A stretch of DNA of 64,000 nucleotides from Adineta vaga (GCA_021613535.1 CP075496.1:14942001-15006000), one strand, 5' to 3'. Shown: positions 27,010-40,195, counted from the stretch's first letter. Notes: a model not told the origin generated them from the sequence alone. Numbers and translations are program-made.

Positions 27010-27917
27010 TGATTGTTTAACAATAAATATATTATAATGTAGTTATAAAGTTAACTTTTCGTTTTGTTACTTTACATCATTCTTCGTATGTCTTTTTTTA
27101 TTTATTTAAAAGATAACGTAAGAAATACTTCAGTGAAAAGTAGTTGGTTTATTCCAAACAGTAAAGAAACAAAAACAATACACAATGAGAAATAAGAAAA
27201 AGACTATACTATATTTAAATGATCGATATAATAATTGAAATGATTAGTATCGAAATTATCAGTAGAAAATAAACATAATTAAGTGGAAATATTATAAACA
27301 ATTTCTAAAAGCTGACTCATTGATCTAGATGATGATCATCACAGGTAGAATTTTGACAAAGAACCTAGAGAATTTGTTAAAAATGACTAATACACGAGTT
27401 ACTGGTATTGTAAAACGAAAAATACTAAAAAAAATTCTGCGAAATTTTTATTAACAAGAATCTTCCCAAAAATATCGCAGAAAGTACTTTTGTCCAATAG
27501 ATTCTTATGAGGTAGGAGTTCAGGAATCAGTTCCCCATCTTGAGGGTGCTTTCATATTATCTTTTCAACCAAAGTCACACACTCACATAGAGAAGTGCGT
27601 TGCGAAGAAGAAAGAAAAGAAGGTTTTGTTTTCGTTATAAACCTCTTTAATTTTTTTCAAAAAAATGTCTCGTGATTTTAAAAAATTCAACTTCTTGACA
27701 ATCCTTGAATCGAACGTGTTTGATTATGATGCTATATAGTCATAAAAAAGCACTTGGAATTTTTACACAGTGGATTTTTTTCAATAATATTTAATCTGTA
27801 TTTTTGTCGTTCTTTTCTTTTAACTATATAAATGAGATTCATATTGCGCTAACTTAGTTACATTTTATTCTTTTCATTCTAATAGATATATCATAATTTC
27901 TGTCTATAGTTTTACAT

Positions 27918-28163
27918 ATGGCCTTAGTCATCAAACGTCTAACAATTCAATATAGTCAGCTTTTAAAAGATCCAACTCGTTTATGTTCTGCACAACCAAA
28001 AGATTTCGATAAAGATATCACTTATTGGATTGGATATCTCGATGGACCAGAACAAACACTTTATGATGGTGGTCGATTCTATCTCACTATTAATTTTCCA
28101 TTCGATTATCCATTTAAACCACCTCAAGTTCGATTTACTACACCAATTTGTTTACGAAATTAA
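27918..28163 (+). pseudogene. Truncated ubiquitin-conjugating enzyme E2 (UBC) gene
   Basis: KRL..., W.GYLDGPEQTLYDGGRFYLTINFPFDYPFKPPQVRFTTPI is the N-terminal half of a UBC fold. The HPN motif and catalytic Cys are absent. Using the plausible intron 28150-28199 still gives an immediate stop. Confidence 0.85.
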
Positions 28164-28275
28164 ATGATGTATAAAATCTGCATCTTTTTCATTACATAGG
28201 CTCTATTTAAAATAATTTATAGAAAATCTAAACTTATATCCTTTAACATGTACGATCATCGTATGTTGTGTGCAT

Positions 28276-28339
28276 CATCAGAGGGTGTAGGTGGGTGTAT
28301 GTGTCTTTTTCACTCACACCCACACCCCACACTCTCAAG
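28276..28339. repeat. Telomere-like hairpin element (family member)
   Basis: GAGGGTGTAGGTGGGTGT...CACTCACACCCACACCCCACACTCTCAAG. Confidence 0.65.
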
Positions 28340-28889
28340 CTTTTGAAATAATAGATACAAAAAAGAGCAATAATAAACAGAAATTTTAAATTAAAATTAA
28401 AGAAAAATCCAGAAGATACTTTAAAGTTTTTTATTGATTTCTTTTATCAATAAATTAACCAAAATATCCTGATTGTTATTATTTATATGTCCCTGTAATT
28501 GCTGATCTTTTTATTAAAATTCTTTATAAAGATTATTAAATATTTCCGTACAATAGCGGCACTTCTGAATATATCAACACTCATATATATATACATATAT
28601 TAGATACATCAAAGAGGCCTTTCTTTCTCTCTGATTGGTGATTTAACGTCTAATGTAAATGTTTATTGTTTTAAAATAGAATAAAATCGATTCATTTTTT
28701 CTCTGTCGAGTAATTCAACGTTTCGAACCAAACTTAGAATTCTTTGTGAAGATAATGTTAGTATTTTTTGTTAAAGGGAGAAAGGAATATAAAATATTTA
28801 CTATCTAACCCTTGTCTTTTTAAATTATAAATGATATTTTGATTTCTTTAGATCTTCATTTACTTTCTGATTCACAGTAGTAGAAAAAA

Positions 28890-30357
28890 ATGACCGTCGA
28901 AACTTATACAATCTATCCTACCAGCAAATACAATCGTCCACCTGCACCATCAACAATAGCACTTCATGGTCTGGATCTTCTCAGTCCTCCCATACAAATT
29001 CGCAATCATCGTTTCTACCACCACCCGACCAGTACTACTACTGATGTGATCGATAAACTGAAATCTTCTCTTGCCGAAGCACTCGAATTGTATCCACCAG
29101 TTGCAGGAACTGTACGAGTCAATGAAAAGAACGAAGTGTATATTGCAATGGATGCCGAAAATATCTTGGGTACACCGTTTTTGGTCGAAATGAAAGACAC
29201 GCCGTATGTAGGTGATACAGAGGATCTATCTGCTCGAATTGGCTTGTTGTTACCTCCATTATCAAGCACGTTAGCAGTGAAAGTAACTCAAGTAATATAA
29301 AATACTCTCATATATGCTCTTTTTTTCAATACGGATTTTTCTCTCTCTATAGTTTTCCTGTGGAACCATAGCAGTAGCCTCTTCTATGCATCATCAAGTA
29401 GCTGATCTACGTGGTTTACTCGATTTTCTTGAACTCTGGGCTCAACTCGCTCGAGGTGAACCTATCGATTTTACAAAAATTCCAGATGATTGGTCTCGTA
29501 ATCCTGGTCGATTTTTTCCTGGTTTGATCGTAGAATTATCATCACCAACACCTCCTCCTCCTCCACCTCCATTCATGGTTCTTCCTGTTCCGACAACAGG
29601 ACCATCTTCATATTTACTGGCGCCATCAGATATTACAAGATGGAAATTTACCAAAAGCGCTATGGAACGATTAAAAAATGATTTCTCGCCTTCGGATGCT
29701 TCTTCTTCCAAAGAACACAAATCTGATCTATGGATTTCATCAGGTGATGCGCTTGCTGCTCTTCTTTGTGGTGTTATTACACGTGCTCGTGAAAATGCAA
29801 AAGTGGCAAGATTGGAAGGAAGATCTAGTTTGGAGTCACAAACCGAAGAAATTGCGATGGCTGCCAATGGTCGAGATAGAGCTCCCCAAGGAAACATGTC
29901 TAATGGACAATACTTCGGAAACTTTAATACTCTCTGGAGTGCCACTATTTCTCGTTCCGATTTACTATCTCTCACTTGTGAATCAGCTTCTCGTGTTGCT
30001 CTTGGGATAAGAAATAGTTTAAACCTTCAACTTTCTCCAGAAGCCATTGCTCGCAAGATTGCATTCTTCGAAGATCCGCAAAACATCAAACCACCTGGTC
30101 GTATTGCTTGGTCAGCAGATATTATATTGACCAATTGGTGTCGATTTGATTTACAAGGTCCAAAATTAGATTTTGGTTGGGGAAAACCTTTTTGTGCAAC
30201 GGCTGGTGCTGGTGGTACTTATCCACCTGGATACTCCATCATGACTCAAGAGAAGAGTTCCGGAGATGTTTTTATTTTGATAACAGTGGAACAAGAAGGA
30301 GCGGATGGTTTAAAAGCTGATTCATTGTTGAACAAATATGCAACATTGGTATTATAG
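28890..30357 (+). CDS. BAHD-type CoA-dependent acyltransferase (plant/fungal 'transferase' family), 2 coding exons
   Basis: LKSSLAEALELYPPVAG, AVKVTQ|FSCG, catalytic HxxxD (HHQVAD) and the DFGWG motif (LDFGWGKP). Intron 29292-29352 joins in frame. Confidence 0.95.
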
Positions 30358-30832
30358 ACAATATATCTATTTTTTCATGTTAGGATATCTTCTCTTTATC
30401 TCCTTTCTTCTTTATGCGCTTAACATATTAATACATGTGTAGCTTTTTTTGTCTTTTAAATAAAATAAACATTCTAAACTTATACGAAACATCTTTTATT
30501 TAATAACTATACACTGAAAAAATTAACCCAGATAAAGTTTAAATCAAAGTTTTATTCAGTTCCATATTCTATTCTTATGCCTGAAATAATTTGTACTTTT
30601 TAAAAGAAAACAAAAAAAATCAATCAATCATATTCACAAATCACCATGCAACTAAAGCTAAATGTGGAGAGAGGATCAATGAGTTTTCCTTATCCATCTA
30701 AACTCATACCCACGCCCTTCAATCTTTACTTCACGTCTGTAATCGAAAACTTCTTGAAAATATGTTTTTTTCTTTTTCTTTTTCTTAAACATTATTTTTC
30801 TCTAATTATATTGAAGTAAGGATTAAAAGATA

Positions 30833-31441
30833 TTAAATTTTATTATTGATCATATACATCGGTGCATCAGGAGTATTCACTTTTCCTCTTTTACAACAAA
30901 AGCGTCTTACGATAATTAAAGATATGATAACAACATGAAGAATATAATTAACAATCAAAAGAACAAAAGCAGATCTAAATAATTCAGATTGACAATATGT
31001 ATTTGCATCAGTTGGATTATCTCCTTGAACACCATTTACTTTTGCATCAAATATCCAAACTGAACCTGTAATTAACCAAGAAAAACTAAATAAAAATAAA
31101 CTTAATGTTGAAACAAGAATAATAACAAGAATAATAACTCCAATTGATTTATATTCTTCTAAATCACGAGAAAAATGATATCGTACATTAAATATTCCAA
31201 TAATCGTAAAAAGAATTATTATAATATGAACTGAAGCATGAACAATCATATAAATCGGTATCATTGGTTGTATTGGACATTGATTAAAATATTCTATTGC
31301 AAATTTTAAATGAATTATAGATACAATAATTCCTAATAGAATAACAATGAAATGAAATTTTCGCGAATAGAAGTCAATCGCTTTTTGAAGCCAAATGGAA
31401 CGTGATAATAGTGGAGAAATTCCATTTGATGATCGAATCAT
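30833..31441 (-). CDS. Four-TM membrane protein, TMEM272-like
   Basis: CPIQPMIPIYMIV, WLITGSVWI and 'YC' motifs with 4 hydrophobic helices. Confidence 0.75.
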   Translation of the reverse strand: MIRSSNGISPLLSRSIWLQKAIDFYSRKFHFIVILLGIIVSIIHLKFAIEYFNQCPIQPMIPIYMIVHASVHIIIILFTIIGIFNVRYHFSRDLEEYKSIGVIILVIILVSTLSLFLFSFSWLITGSVWIFDAKVNGVQGDNPTDANTYCQSELFRSAFVLLIVNYILHVVIISLIIVRRFCCKRGKVNTPDAPMYMINNKI

Positions 31442-32082
31442 TGTTTGAATTTGAAATTGAAGAATTTAATTTAAATAAACATCAGTTAGATGATCCTAAG
31501 AATACAAATTTTGTATATCGTAAAATAAATTCTTTCAAATGAACATTTTCTTCATTTTATTTGAATTATATTTGAGAAGAATGATTATGTTTATTCTAAG
31601 AACGTACTTTTTTCTTTCGAAAGTTCTTTCAATGACCCAAATGCACTTTTTTTCTCGTTCTTTTTATTTATACGACAAAAATAAAGTCATCCCTTTCTCA
31701 TTATATTCTTTTTTCAACGTCATCTATGATGAAAGAAGGAGGAAAACGCTCTACTTTACATTTCCATCGGAAGAAACGTACGTCATTGAAAATAAACGAG
31801 AGCTAATTCATTTTCTTCCTTCTCTCAAGTTTATTTTTGTACTTGTTCTTCCGATAATCAACGTGTTTACATGTCCAGAAGGTTTGTGGGTTATGTTAAA
31901 CTTAACAATAACCTAATCTAGAACATATGAACTACATTATAAGAATCTTTTCTTTCTTAAATAACCAATGAATTTTTTTACTGAGAAAAATGTCAGCTAC
32001 AAATTAATAATTGCGAAAGTTACAACTTTTTTTGACTTTTTATGCGAGAGAAAAAGCATATTTTTTCAGAAGGTTCGGAGGA

Positions 32083-32397
32083 TTTTATTCCCTCGACTGT
32101 AAGGAGGGTCATATGAAAAAAATAGTTTGTCTGTTTGTAAATTTGTGTTAGGGTCAAAGGTCAAAAAAACATTTTTTTAAAAATGGTCGCGAACGTTGAA
32201 AACTGATAGTAGGATGGGTGGGGTGTGTGTGAGTGGTGGGTGAAATCTTGTGGGTGTGGGTGTGGGTACGAGAAAAATTTCAATGGTTTTCTTGTTTTTA
32301 AAGTTGCTAGATCTATTGGTCTTACTATGAGCACGCGAAAAATACCTCTGTTTTACAGGCGAGGGTAAAGTGAGTCGGCGCGACGAGCGTTACTTGT
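32083..32397 (+). mobile_element. Possible Helentron-associated non-autonomous element (DINE-1/HINE-like)
   Basis: 5' TTTTATTCCCTCG...GAGGGT, a GTTTGTCTGTTTGT microsatellite-like block and a GTGGGTGTGG block. The 3' CGAGGGTAAA is inverted to the 5' end and is followed by a short GC-rich stem and TTACTTGT. This is the same layout as DINE-1/HINE elements. Confidence 0.45.
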
Positions 32398-33539
32398 GAA
32401 TTATTGTTTATATTTGCTTTAGATGTTTATTGATGAATATATTGAATGAAAGTCATTTGTTTCTCAATATATTTGTATCAGAATTGTTGTAAACATGACT
32501 AAAATTATTCTGCTATGACAAGATGCAACTGCACCTGCATGCATCGTGTTTATAGTAAAAGAAAATATAATGAACATTTGAAGTGAATCTTAAAAATCAC
32601 AAATTGACATATTTATTATACTAAATGTGAGATTAGTATAATTTGATGTTTCATCGAAAACAAATGCAAGTTCATCACGAATTGACGGTTAACGAAGAAA
32701 GAAAAAATATATGAGAGGAAAAAATCGAAACGGGATTTGAGGATATGGGTGTGGCTGAATACAAGATACTCACATTCACCCTATTATGATACTAGTTAAA
32801 GTATGATCAACTAGTATAGAAAAATAGAGCTTCATTTTCTCTATCAGTCTGTGTAGAAAGAAAATTTCTCTAAGTGCATTTTAGAGTAAAAGGGGATCAG
32901 TGTCACTACTTTTGGTATGCTCTAAGTAGCTCTTAATATATAGAGACATTTTGTTGTGATACAACTATACTTGACGAAAGATATAAATTTATTCAAAATT
33001 ATAGCTAATGAACCGCGATAAAGTGCGGTATTGATAAGTCTAAATATCAAAAATACTATTGAAATTCAGTTTATATTTGAATCTATATGTTGAAATACAT
33101 ATTTGTTGTTAGTTAACTGTGAAAAGTGGAAAATAGCTAGTGGTAAAATCATTTATGATGATTTAATAAACGGAAAAAAGGTTTATGAATTTGCAACGTA
33201 TAAAGAACGCTTTTGTACCGTATTTGAGAAAGTTATGAATCTTTCTTTTTTTTTGATTTACTGAACACTTCGAAAACGAAAAAATGGTTTATTATACGTT
33301 GCAGATTCATAAACCCTTATTTTTTACAGTGTATAATAAATATATCTCGATTTTATCAATCAGAAAAGAAACATTGATGGGAATATTATCGCAAGAAATC
33401 GTCTTAATTACTCAGCAGTGTCCAAGTTCCGTGAATTACGAACTCTTGAAGAATCCTGAATCCAAAATTATATTAATAACCACACAACTACATCAAATTA
33501 CTACGAATCTAACTACAAACAGAATCCAAGAAGCCCAAG

Positions 33540-33634
33540 GAGGGTGTGGGTGTGGGTGGGTGTGGGTATGTGTAGGTGTAAGTGAGAGTAAGGGTGGAGA
33601 TACAGTAAGAACCAACCGCACCCAGACCCTCAAG
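33540..33634. repeat. Telomere-like hairpin element with (TGTGGG)n arm
   Basis: GAGGGTGTGGGTGTGGGTGGGTGTGGGT...CACCCAGACCCTCAAG. Confidence 0.7.
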
Positions 33635-34299
33635 AAAATATTCAATGCGAATGAATCGGTTTATTGTAAAGAATGCGAAAACTTATCTAGAACAAATAGA
33701 ATTTGAAAGAGTAGACAGCAACCATCTAGATTTTCTATTTGAAAAGAAGCAACAACAGCACATTCTTTTGATAGAGTATGTATCTATCGTTGAACTTCAA
33801 CTTAATGAAAACAATATCATTATTCATTTTCGCGGCAAACTGTCATCGACCGTTCATCCGCAAATTTCGGTCACATATGAAAAAAGTCGGCACACAACTA
33901 ACAACATCCATCGATAACACTTAGTATCGACATCATCCACAGCTGATCAGAGGAACAGTGAAACTAATTTAATTATCACCATCTGCGTTCAATTGAATCA
34001 GTCGCTGTCTATATATTCGCTATTTCTATTTCTTTAGTCTAGTATGCGATGCTATAATTAAATTGTCGTGTTCACATTCCGTTTATCTTCAGAATTCATG
34101 CATACAAAAGTGTGATAATATAGCATGGAAAATATGAAATTCGACTTGTCTTTACAATAAAATAGTGATCGAAAGGTACTAGTCTCTTATTGTCGGCATC
34201 GTTTCGTCAACGAATAGATTCAAGAAAACGTAAATATACTTGACTAAAATTGGAAATCGTATGTATTGCAATATAAAAAGAATTCGTTATTTCTTTTAG

Positions 34300-37200
34300 A
34301 TGAGTTCAAAGGAGAATTTAACGGCGATACACGTCCATGGAGAAGAGCGCATTACTGGCACTGTTATTTTATTTTTGTCGTATTCCGTCTTGGCAGCATG
34401 CATCTATCAAATTGTAATTTCGAAAACTTTGAAAAATAAATATCCAGTTCCATTTACAGTGGCCGTTCTTTTACTCGGTTTCATTGCCGGTATTATTGGA
34501 ACACAAATGAAGAATGTTCACAACAATTTTCTAACTGGTGAAATTGAATTGAGTGAAATTAATCCTCACCTTATCTATTATATCTTTTTACCATTGCTAA
34601 TTTTCGATTCAGCTTTCAATGGTCATTTTCATATTGTCAAAAAACAACTTTTATCTGCTATTATACTAGCCGGACCAGGTGTACTCATAACTACTGTCAT
34701 TATTGCAATTTCTGGTGTCTACATTTTCCCATATAATTGGTCTTGGCTAATCGGATTACTTTTTGGAAGTATTCTCAGTGCAACTGATACGGTTGCGGTG
34801 GTAGCCTTATTACATAATTCTGGTGCAAGTAATTCATTAATTTCTCTAATTGATTCAGAATCCTTATTGAATGATGGTTCAGCATTTGTTACTTTTCTTA
34901 TTTTGAACAATATGATTGTCAGTGGAGAGTATAATACAAAGAAAATTGTTACGGACATTATCAAATACACTGTCGGTAAGGATTATGTTCTAGTTGTATA
35001 TTCATTGATATTAGAACACTGTTGTTCAATGGATTATTTTAGGTGGACCTGTTTTTGGCTTCTTGTGCGGTCTTATTTGTGTATTCATTTTGAATCGAAT
35101 CAACAACGAGCTGGAAATTGAAATTACATTTACATTTGGTCTTGCTTATCTCGTCTTTTACATCGCTGACGTAGAACTTAAAGTTTCAGCTGTACTTGCT
35201 CTTGTTGTCATGGGACTTTATATGGCCAAACATAAATATTGTATTAGTAGTCATGTACAACTTCCAATGACAAGTGCTTGGCGTATTGCAACATACATTA
35301 TCAACATACTTATTTTTACGATTACTGGAATTATTTTGGCCAAATCGTTGATCTCCACATCCACTAGTATTACTGCTCGAGATTTTGGATTTTCGATTCT
35401 TTTGTATTTTATCATTCATGTTGGACGTGCACTGACAATTTTTGTACTTTATCCATTGATTTACTGGAGTGGTGTGCATCTATCATGGAGAGAATGTATT
35501 GTACTTATGTGGAGTAGTCTTCGAGGAAGTATGGCACTTATTATAGTTTTGATCGTCTACTTATATCCGAAAATCGATGAAGTGACTCGTGATCGTCTTC
35601 TATTTCACGTATCAATGATTGTACTTCTAACTCTCGTTATTAATGGTACAAGCAGCAAATTCTTAGTGAAATTTTTGGGCTTGCACCGAGGTACGTACCT
35701 TATATATTCAATAGTATAGATTCAAAATTTGATTAAGTATTTACCATATTAAACTATTTGTTTAAGATACACTTTGAGAATAATCAAACTTTCTTCTATT
35801 TTTCAATACCTATTAGTTTCAGTTTTTAAGAAATTCAATATGTCATGATCAAATTGATCTTACGTTGATTTCTTATCTAGGAATTAAACAATAGAGAAAT
35901 AAATAAATTAATATCATACTTTATCGATAAATCTTCTTTAGGTACAAAGGAAAGTCAAATTGTACTATTACAAGCTCTTGAACATATGAGACATCAGACA
36001 TCATGTCAATTATCGAAAATGAAACGAGACGAAAATTTTGTCGATGTCGATTGGAAGATGCTCAACGCATATCTGCCTGACAAATTGTTAGAAGAATTGG
36101 ATGAAGAACGAGAAACAACCATTCATCAACAGTTATCTCAAAATCACCATGATTCTTCAACCATCATTCTACAAACTTCTCGAACAAATATGAACATAGA
36201 GCAACGATTATCGACTGTTCCAATAATTCACAAAGTAGATTCGAAGAATTCAAATAATCCTATTCTTCGAAGAACTAGTTCATCTGCAGTAAATGACACT
36301 ATATTATCCGTGTTAGAACTGATAGAAACTGGTGAAAAACGTCGTCAAAATATTCGTAAAGAATTAATCACTCGTTTTCTAACCGCTATGTCTATCGATT
36401 ACGAAAAACAATGGCATCTTGGTATGATTTGTCGGCGAACACTTGATATTCTAATTAAATCCGTCGAACAAGCAAAACTAAAATGTTCGCTTAATCTACA
36501 TTGGCAACTCATTGTTGAACATTTTCAAATGTCAATCGTTCTGTTGAATTTGATGAGATTCGATTATTTTAATTTTATCAACCAGTGGACAAATAAGTTA
36601 TTCTTAAATCACATATTTCTGACCATCGAATTAACTCTAGGTGAGTTTTTATACAAAAAAGAAAATCCACTAAAATTAGTCGAGAACACATTTCTTATGA
36701 ATCATTCATTCTACATTTATCTTTTTAGGTTTTCATTCGGCAAAAATTCGAATGGATAGCATTCAACTTAAATTTCCTGAATTAGCCAATATTGATCGAG
36801 AAATAATGGATGAAGTATGTGAAGAAGCAAAATCGTATCAAATTAATGCTACACATGTTCTTCTCGATTTGAAACAATCATATCCTCTTTGTTGGATGAT
36901 TCAAATGACAAAAAGATGTGCTCAGATGCTTCTGAAATATGAATCAATTGCTATTATTCAATTATATGAAACTGGTATGCTCGGTGATAGTGAATATTCA
37001 CATATTCTTCAATTAATCGAACAGAAATTGTTCGTTCTCGAATATGGTAATATTAAAATTTCAACTGATCGAAAGAAAATGATTACAAATTCTTTTGATA
37101 TGTTATCACTCTTTCAACAACTTTCAGAAAATGAGAAAGAACAATGGAGATCAATTATGAAACCATATCATAAATGGTTTCAACCCAATACTATTTTACT

Positions 37201-37963
37201 TCGAAACGATCAAATTATATCAACTGCCTATTTAATTGTTCGTGGCATTGTCGAACAGACAAATCATACCGTACTCACTTATTACAAATCGGGTCATATT
37301 TTGGGAATTGACAGGTTATTCTCTCAAAAATTATCATCACATGGAACTTATACTGCTAGTAGTGGACTTGTCGAAGTCTATGCTATTGATATAGACTTAT
37401 TGAATAGATTGATAGCTGATGATAAATTATCTCGTTCGATTTACAACGAAATTGCTGTTCATGTGTTCATCAATAATTATCAGACAAGTTTAGAACTGAA
37501 TCATTTACAATTACAATTACTTCTGGATAATAAAGCGATATTCTATAAGAATAAATGCGATTTATCCATTCATCTGAAAGCAAATGATAGATTACTTTTA
37601 CTTGCCGGAACGCTTACTCGTCATTTAGAGCAGAATGTCATTCGTTTCGATTCGATAGAATTACTTTTTCTTGATGTACCAACCATATACGAATTGAATT
37701 CATCTAGTATTGTATATACATGGACACATGATGATGAGATTTATTGTACTAACATCGATAAATTCAATCGTAATGTTCCAACACACCATTCTGAATTCAT
37801 TACGTCTGTCGAACCATTTTATCCTCGTTATTCGGGTGAAACAGTTGAATTTAGTCCTTGGCGTCACTCGCTACAAATGACACGTCCAGTGGAAAATTTA
37901 AATAATTTTCAATTGATACCATCTGAAATTGTTGTCGATTCAAATACAAATCTTCTATCATAA
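34300..37963 (+). CDS. CPA1 Na+/H+ exchanger with long cytosolic tail and cyclic-nucleotide-binding-like domain (SOS1/NHX7- or SLC9C-like), about 1085 aa, 4 exons
   Basis: IFLPLLIFDSAF, LAGPGV, FGSILSATDTVAVVALL, ESLLNDG, VSAVLALVVMG, WSSLRGSMAL, LTLVINGT; CNBD-like 'AYLIVRGIV...GHILG'. Exons 34300-34975, 35043-35690, 35942-36640 and 36729-37963 join in frame. An extra upstream exon is possible because the ATG directly follows a TTTTAG acceptor. Confidence 0.92.
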
Positions 37964-38073
37964 CTTTCATCGTCAGGATCGTGTAAGATGTTCCTTTTTC
38001 GTTTCAAATAAATATGATCTTTAACTCAGCAAGCAATGAGTATAGTTTTTTTTCATGACAAACGCTTCACTGA

Positions 38074-38138
38074 ACATCTTGAGAGTGGGTGTGGGTGAGA
38101 TTGAGTGTTTTCTTTCATTACCTACATCCTCAAGATGT
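38074..38138. repeat. Telomere-like hairpin element (best-preserved family member)
   Basis: ACATCTTGAG...CTCAAGATGT 10-bp perfect TIR, with GTGGGTGTGGGTG vs TACCTACATCC arms. Confidence 0.8.
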
Positions 38139-39594
38139 AGCATTCATCATCATTCCTTTTTAATAGATTCAACATGAATTAGAATAGAACATTGTGAGGG
38201 GAAAGGCACGACCAAAAAGTTCAAGTATGTGACAACTCAAACTGAACGGTTCGTGAGAACTGAATCTATAAGCTGAGTAATCAGTTCTAGTTCAAATGAA
38301 AAAGAATAGTTTGAACAATTCCAATTCCACGAGTGGAAATACAGTTGTTACATACCTAAGACAGACAAACACAAGAAAACGTTAACAACAGGAAACTTAG
38401 ATAAACTATTTTGAAGGATTCGTAACAAAACAAAAGGACGTCATACCTATAGTGCACGTATATATGTGAAGAAAGAAAGAAAGAAAACGAACAGATAGAT
38501 AATACCATGGCTATGATGTATCTTATGATACGTTGTCATTACGTGTCATAGCAAGGTACTTAAAATTACTCGAACATAATGAAAAAATATCCAAAAGTAA
38601 ACGAAAGATAAAATGTGTGTAGGTTTTTGAAAGAACGAAATAAAACGCGTATACGTGTTCACTGGATAATTCCGAACATATATTATACAGACTTGAAGGA
38701 AAACGTCAACATACGTATTATGGAATAGTCCATATTAACACAAAAAAGACACATTAATCATATAGGTAAACATCATAATAACAAATCTACACAAGTAAAA
38801 AAAGCCCTTTTTTCCAACAAAATTTTACATATAATAGAAATGTAAAAAATGCTAACTGCACATTTCTTTTGTCATAAATCACGAATAACACAAACGTTTA
38901 TATAAGGAAGGTAAGTAAACGAACATTATTTCTTTAGTGATATGTTAGAAATCTTTCGAAAGCAACATTCAATATTTGAATAAATTATTCACATTTTCAT
39001 ATGAAAGTGATAGGATACTAAAAGTTTGATTACGGTCAAATTTTATTAAATTGATACTAAGACGAAAATTAATATATTTTACATGTTCGTACAATCAAGA
39101 TATAAATTATAAACAGTTTAATAGGTACTTCATGTAAAGCTTATCCAGAGTAGAAACATCCTGAGCAAAACTGTTCATTTTTATCATAACATCTTCGATT
39201 TAAGAAATTTGCGAGTTTTCTTTCAATGTTTGAGCATATAGGTGAGTTTTATGGCCATAGTTTTTTCGAAGTTATCATCTTGATATTCTAATATGTAAAT
39301 CTTACCTAAGAAACTTATCGACAATCAGTTTTGTATGTATTTAGTTATTTAGAATAATAAATTGATTTGTATTTTAAATGTTTAAGTTGATATTTTATAG
39401 TCTTTAACACACAAATATGTTTGCCAGTTACTAAAAGGATTTTTATTTCTTCTGCTTTGAGAGTGTGAAATTCAAGTCTAGTTCTATACTTTTGATCAAA
39501 TTCATTGACTCATCACAGAAAAATATTTGTCATTTAGCAGCAGCGATATATTTTCTATTTTTTGCTTCAACGGATTTATACTTTGTTTTCTAGC

Positions 39595-40044
39595 ATGTCG
39601 ATGGCTAGAGAGAATATACGATTAACTCGAGAAGAATTCAGCAGTATAATTGAAAACCTAAAGGAACAAAACTATTGGTTTCATGATTTTCAATTTGAAT
39701 GTAAAACTAATCCTGAAGGATATATCGAATATGTGAAGGTAACACGAGTAATACCAACTTCTATGGTAGTGTTACTGAGTATTATTACGCTTGGTTTGTT
39801 TTGCCTTGTGTTTTTTCTCTTGTATTCCCCGGTGACTATTGGAACAGTAAAAGAATTAATAATATTTGCCAAGGAAGTATTGGGACCAAACAAATTATTA
39901 AAAGTCGCACCAATGGCTGTTATGGGTGGTGGTCATTGGCAAGACTGGCCATTTTCTCGTACCTGCGTCTACGACATTATAGAACCCGTTCGTCAATCAC
40001 CATTAAACAATCTCACTGCAACATTAAATTTGCCCCGATTATAA
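39595..40044 (+). CDS. Small membrane protein of unknown function (~149 aa)
   Basis: Open frame with ATG just after a splice acceptor, a central hydrophobic stretch (VVLLSIITLGLFCLVFFLL) and protein-like composition. Confidence 0.6.
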   Translation: MSMARENIRLTREEFSSIIENLKEQNYWFHDFQFECKTNPEGYIEYVKVTRVIPTSMVVLLSIITLGLFCLVFFLLYSPVTIGTVKELIIFAKEVLGPNKLLKVAPMAVMGGGHWQDWPFSRTCVYDIIEPVRQSPLNNLTATLNLPRL

Positions 40045-40195
40045 TTTTCACAGTCTAAATTTTAAAATTTAAAATTTAAACTAAAATAAACAAGATTTGT
40101 TTGTATAAAAGAAAATTTCAAGATATTAAATTTTTTTCTTTTACGAAACTTTAGATTGAAGTTCTGATTTTACAGTATTATTTCTGCTTTTTGTC

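Noticed and set aside
29015-30010. Alternative-frame and antisense ORFs in the BAHD gene
   Set aside because: By-products of the higher GC content of the real CDS.
31539-31916. 125-aa Phe-rich ORF (similarly 40941-41243, 45609-45927, 49462-49854)
   Set aside because: Low-complexity AT-rich or repeat-derived frames with no motifs; likely spurious.
33284-33917. ORFs of 140 and 90 aa
   Set aside because: They run through the telomere-like hairpin (GCGCGWVWV) and repeat-like DNA; no recognisable protein features.
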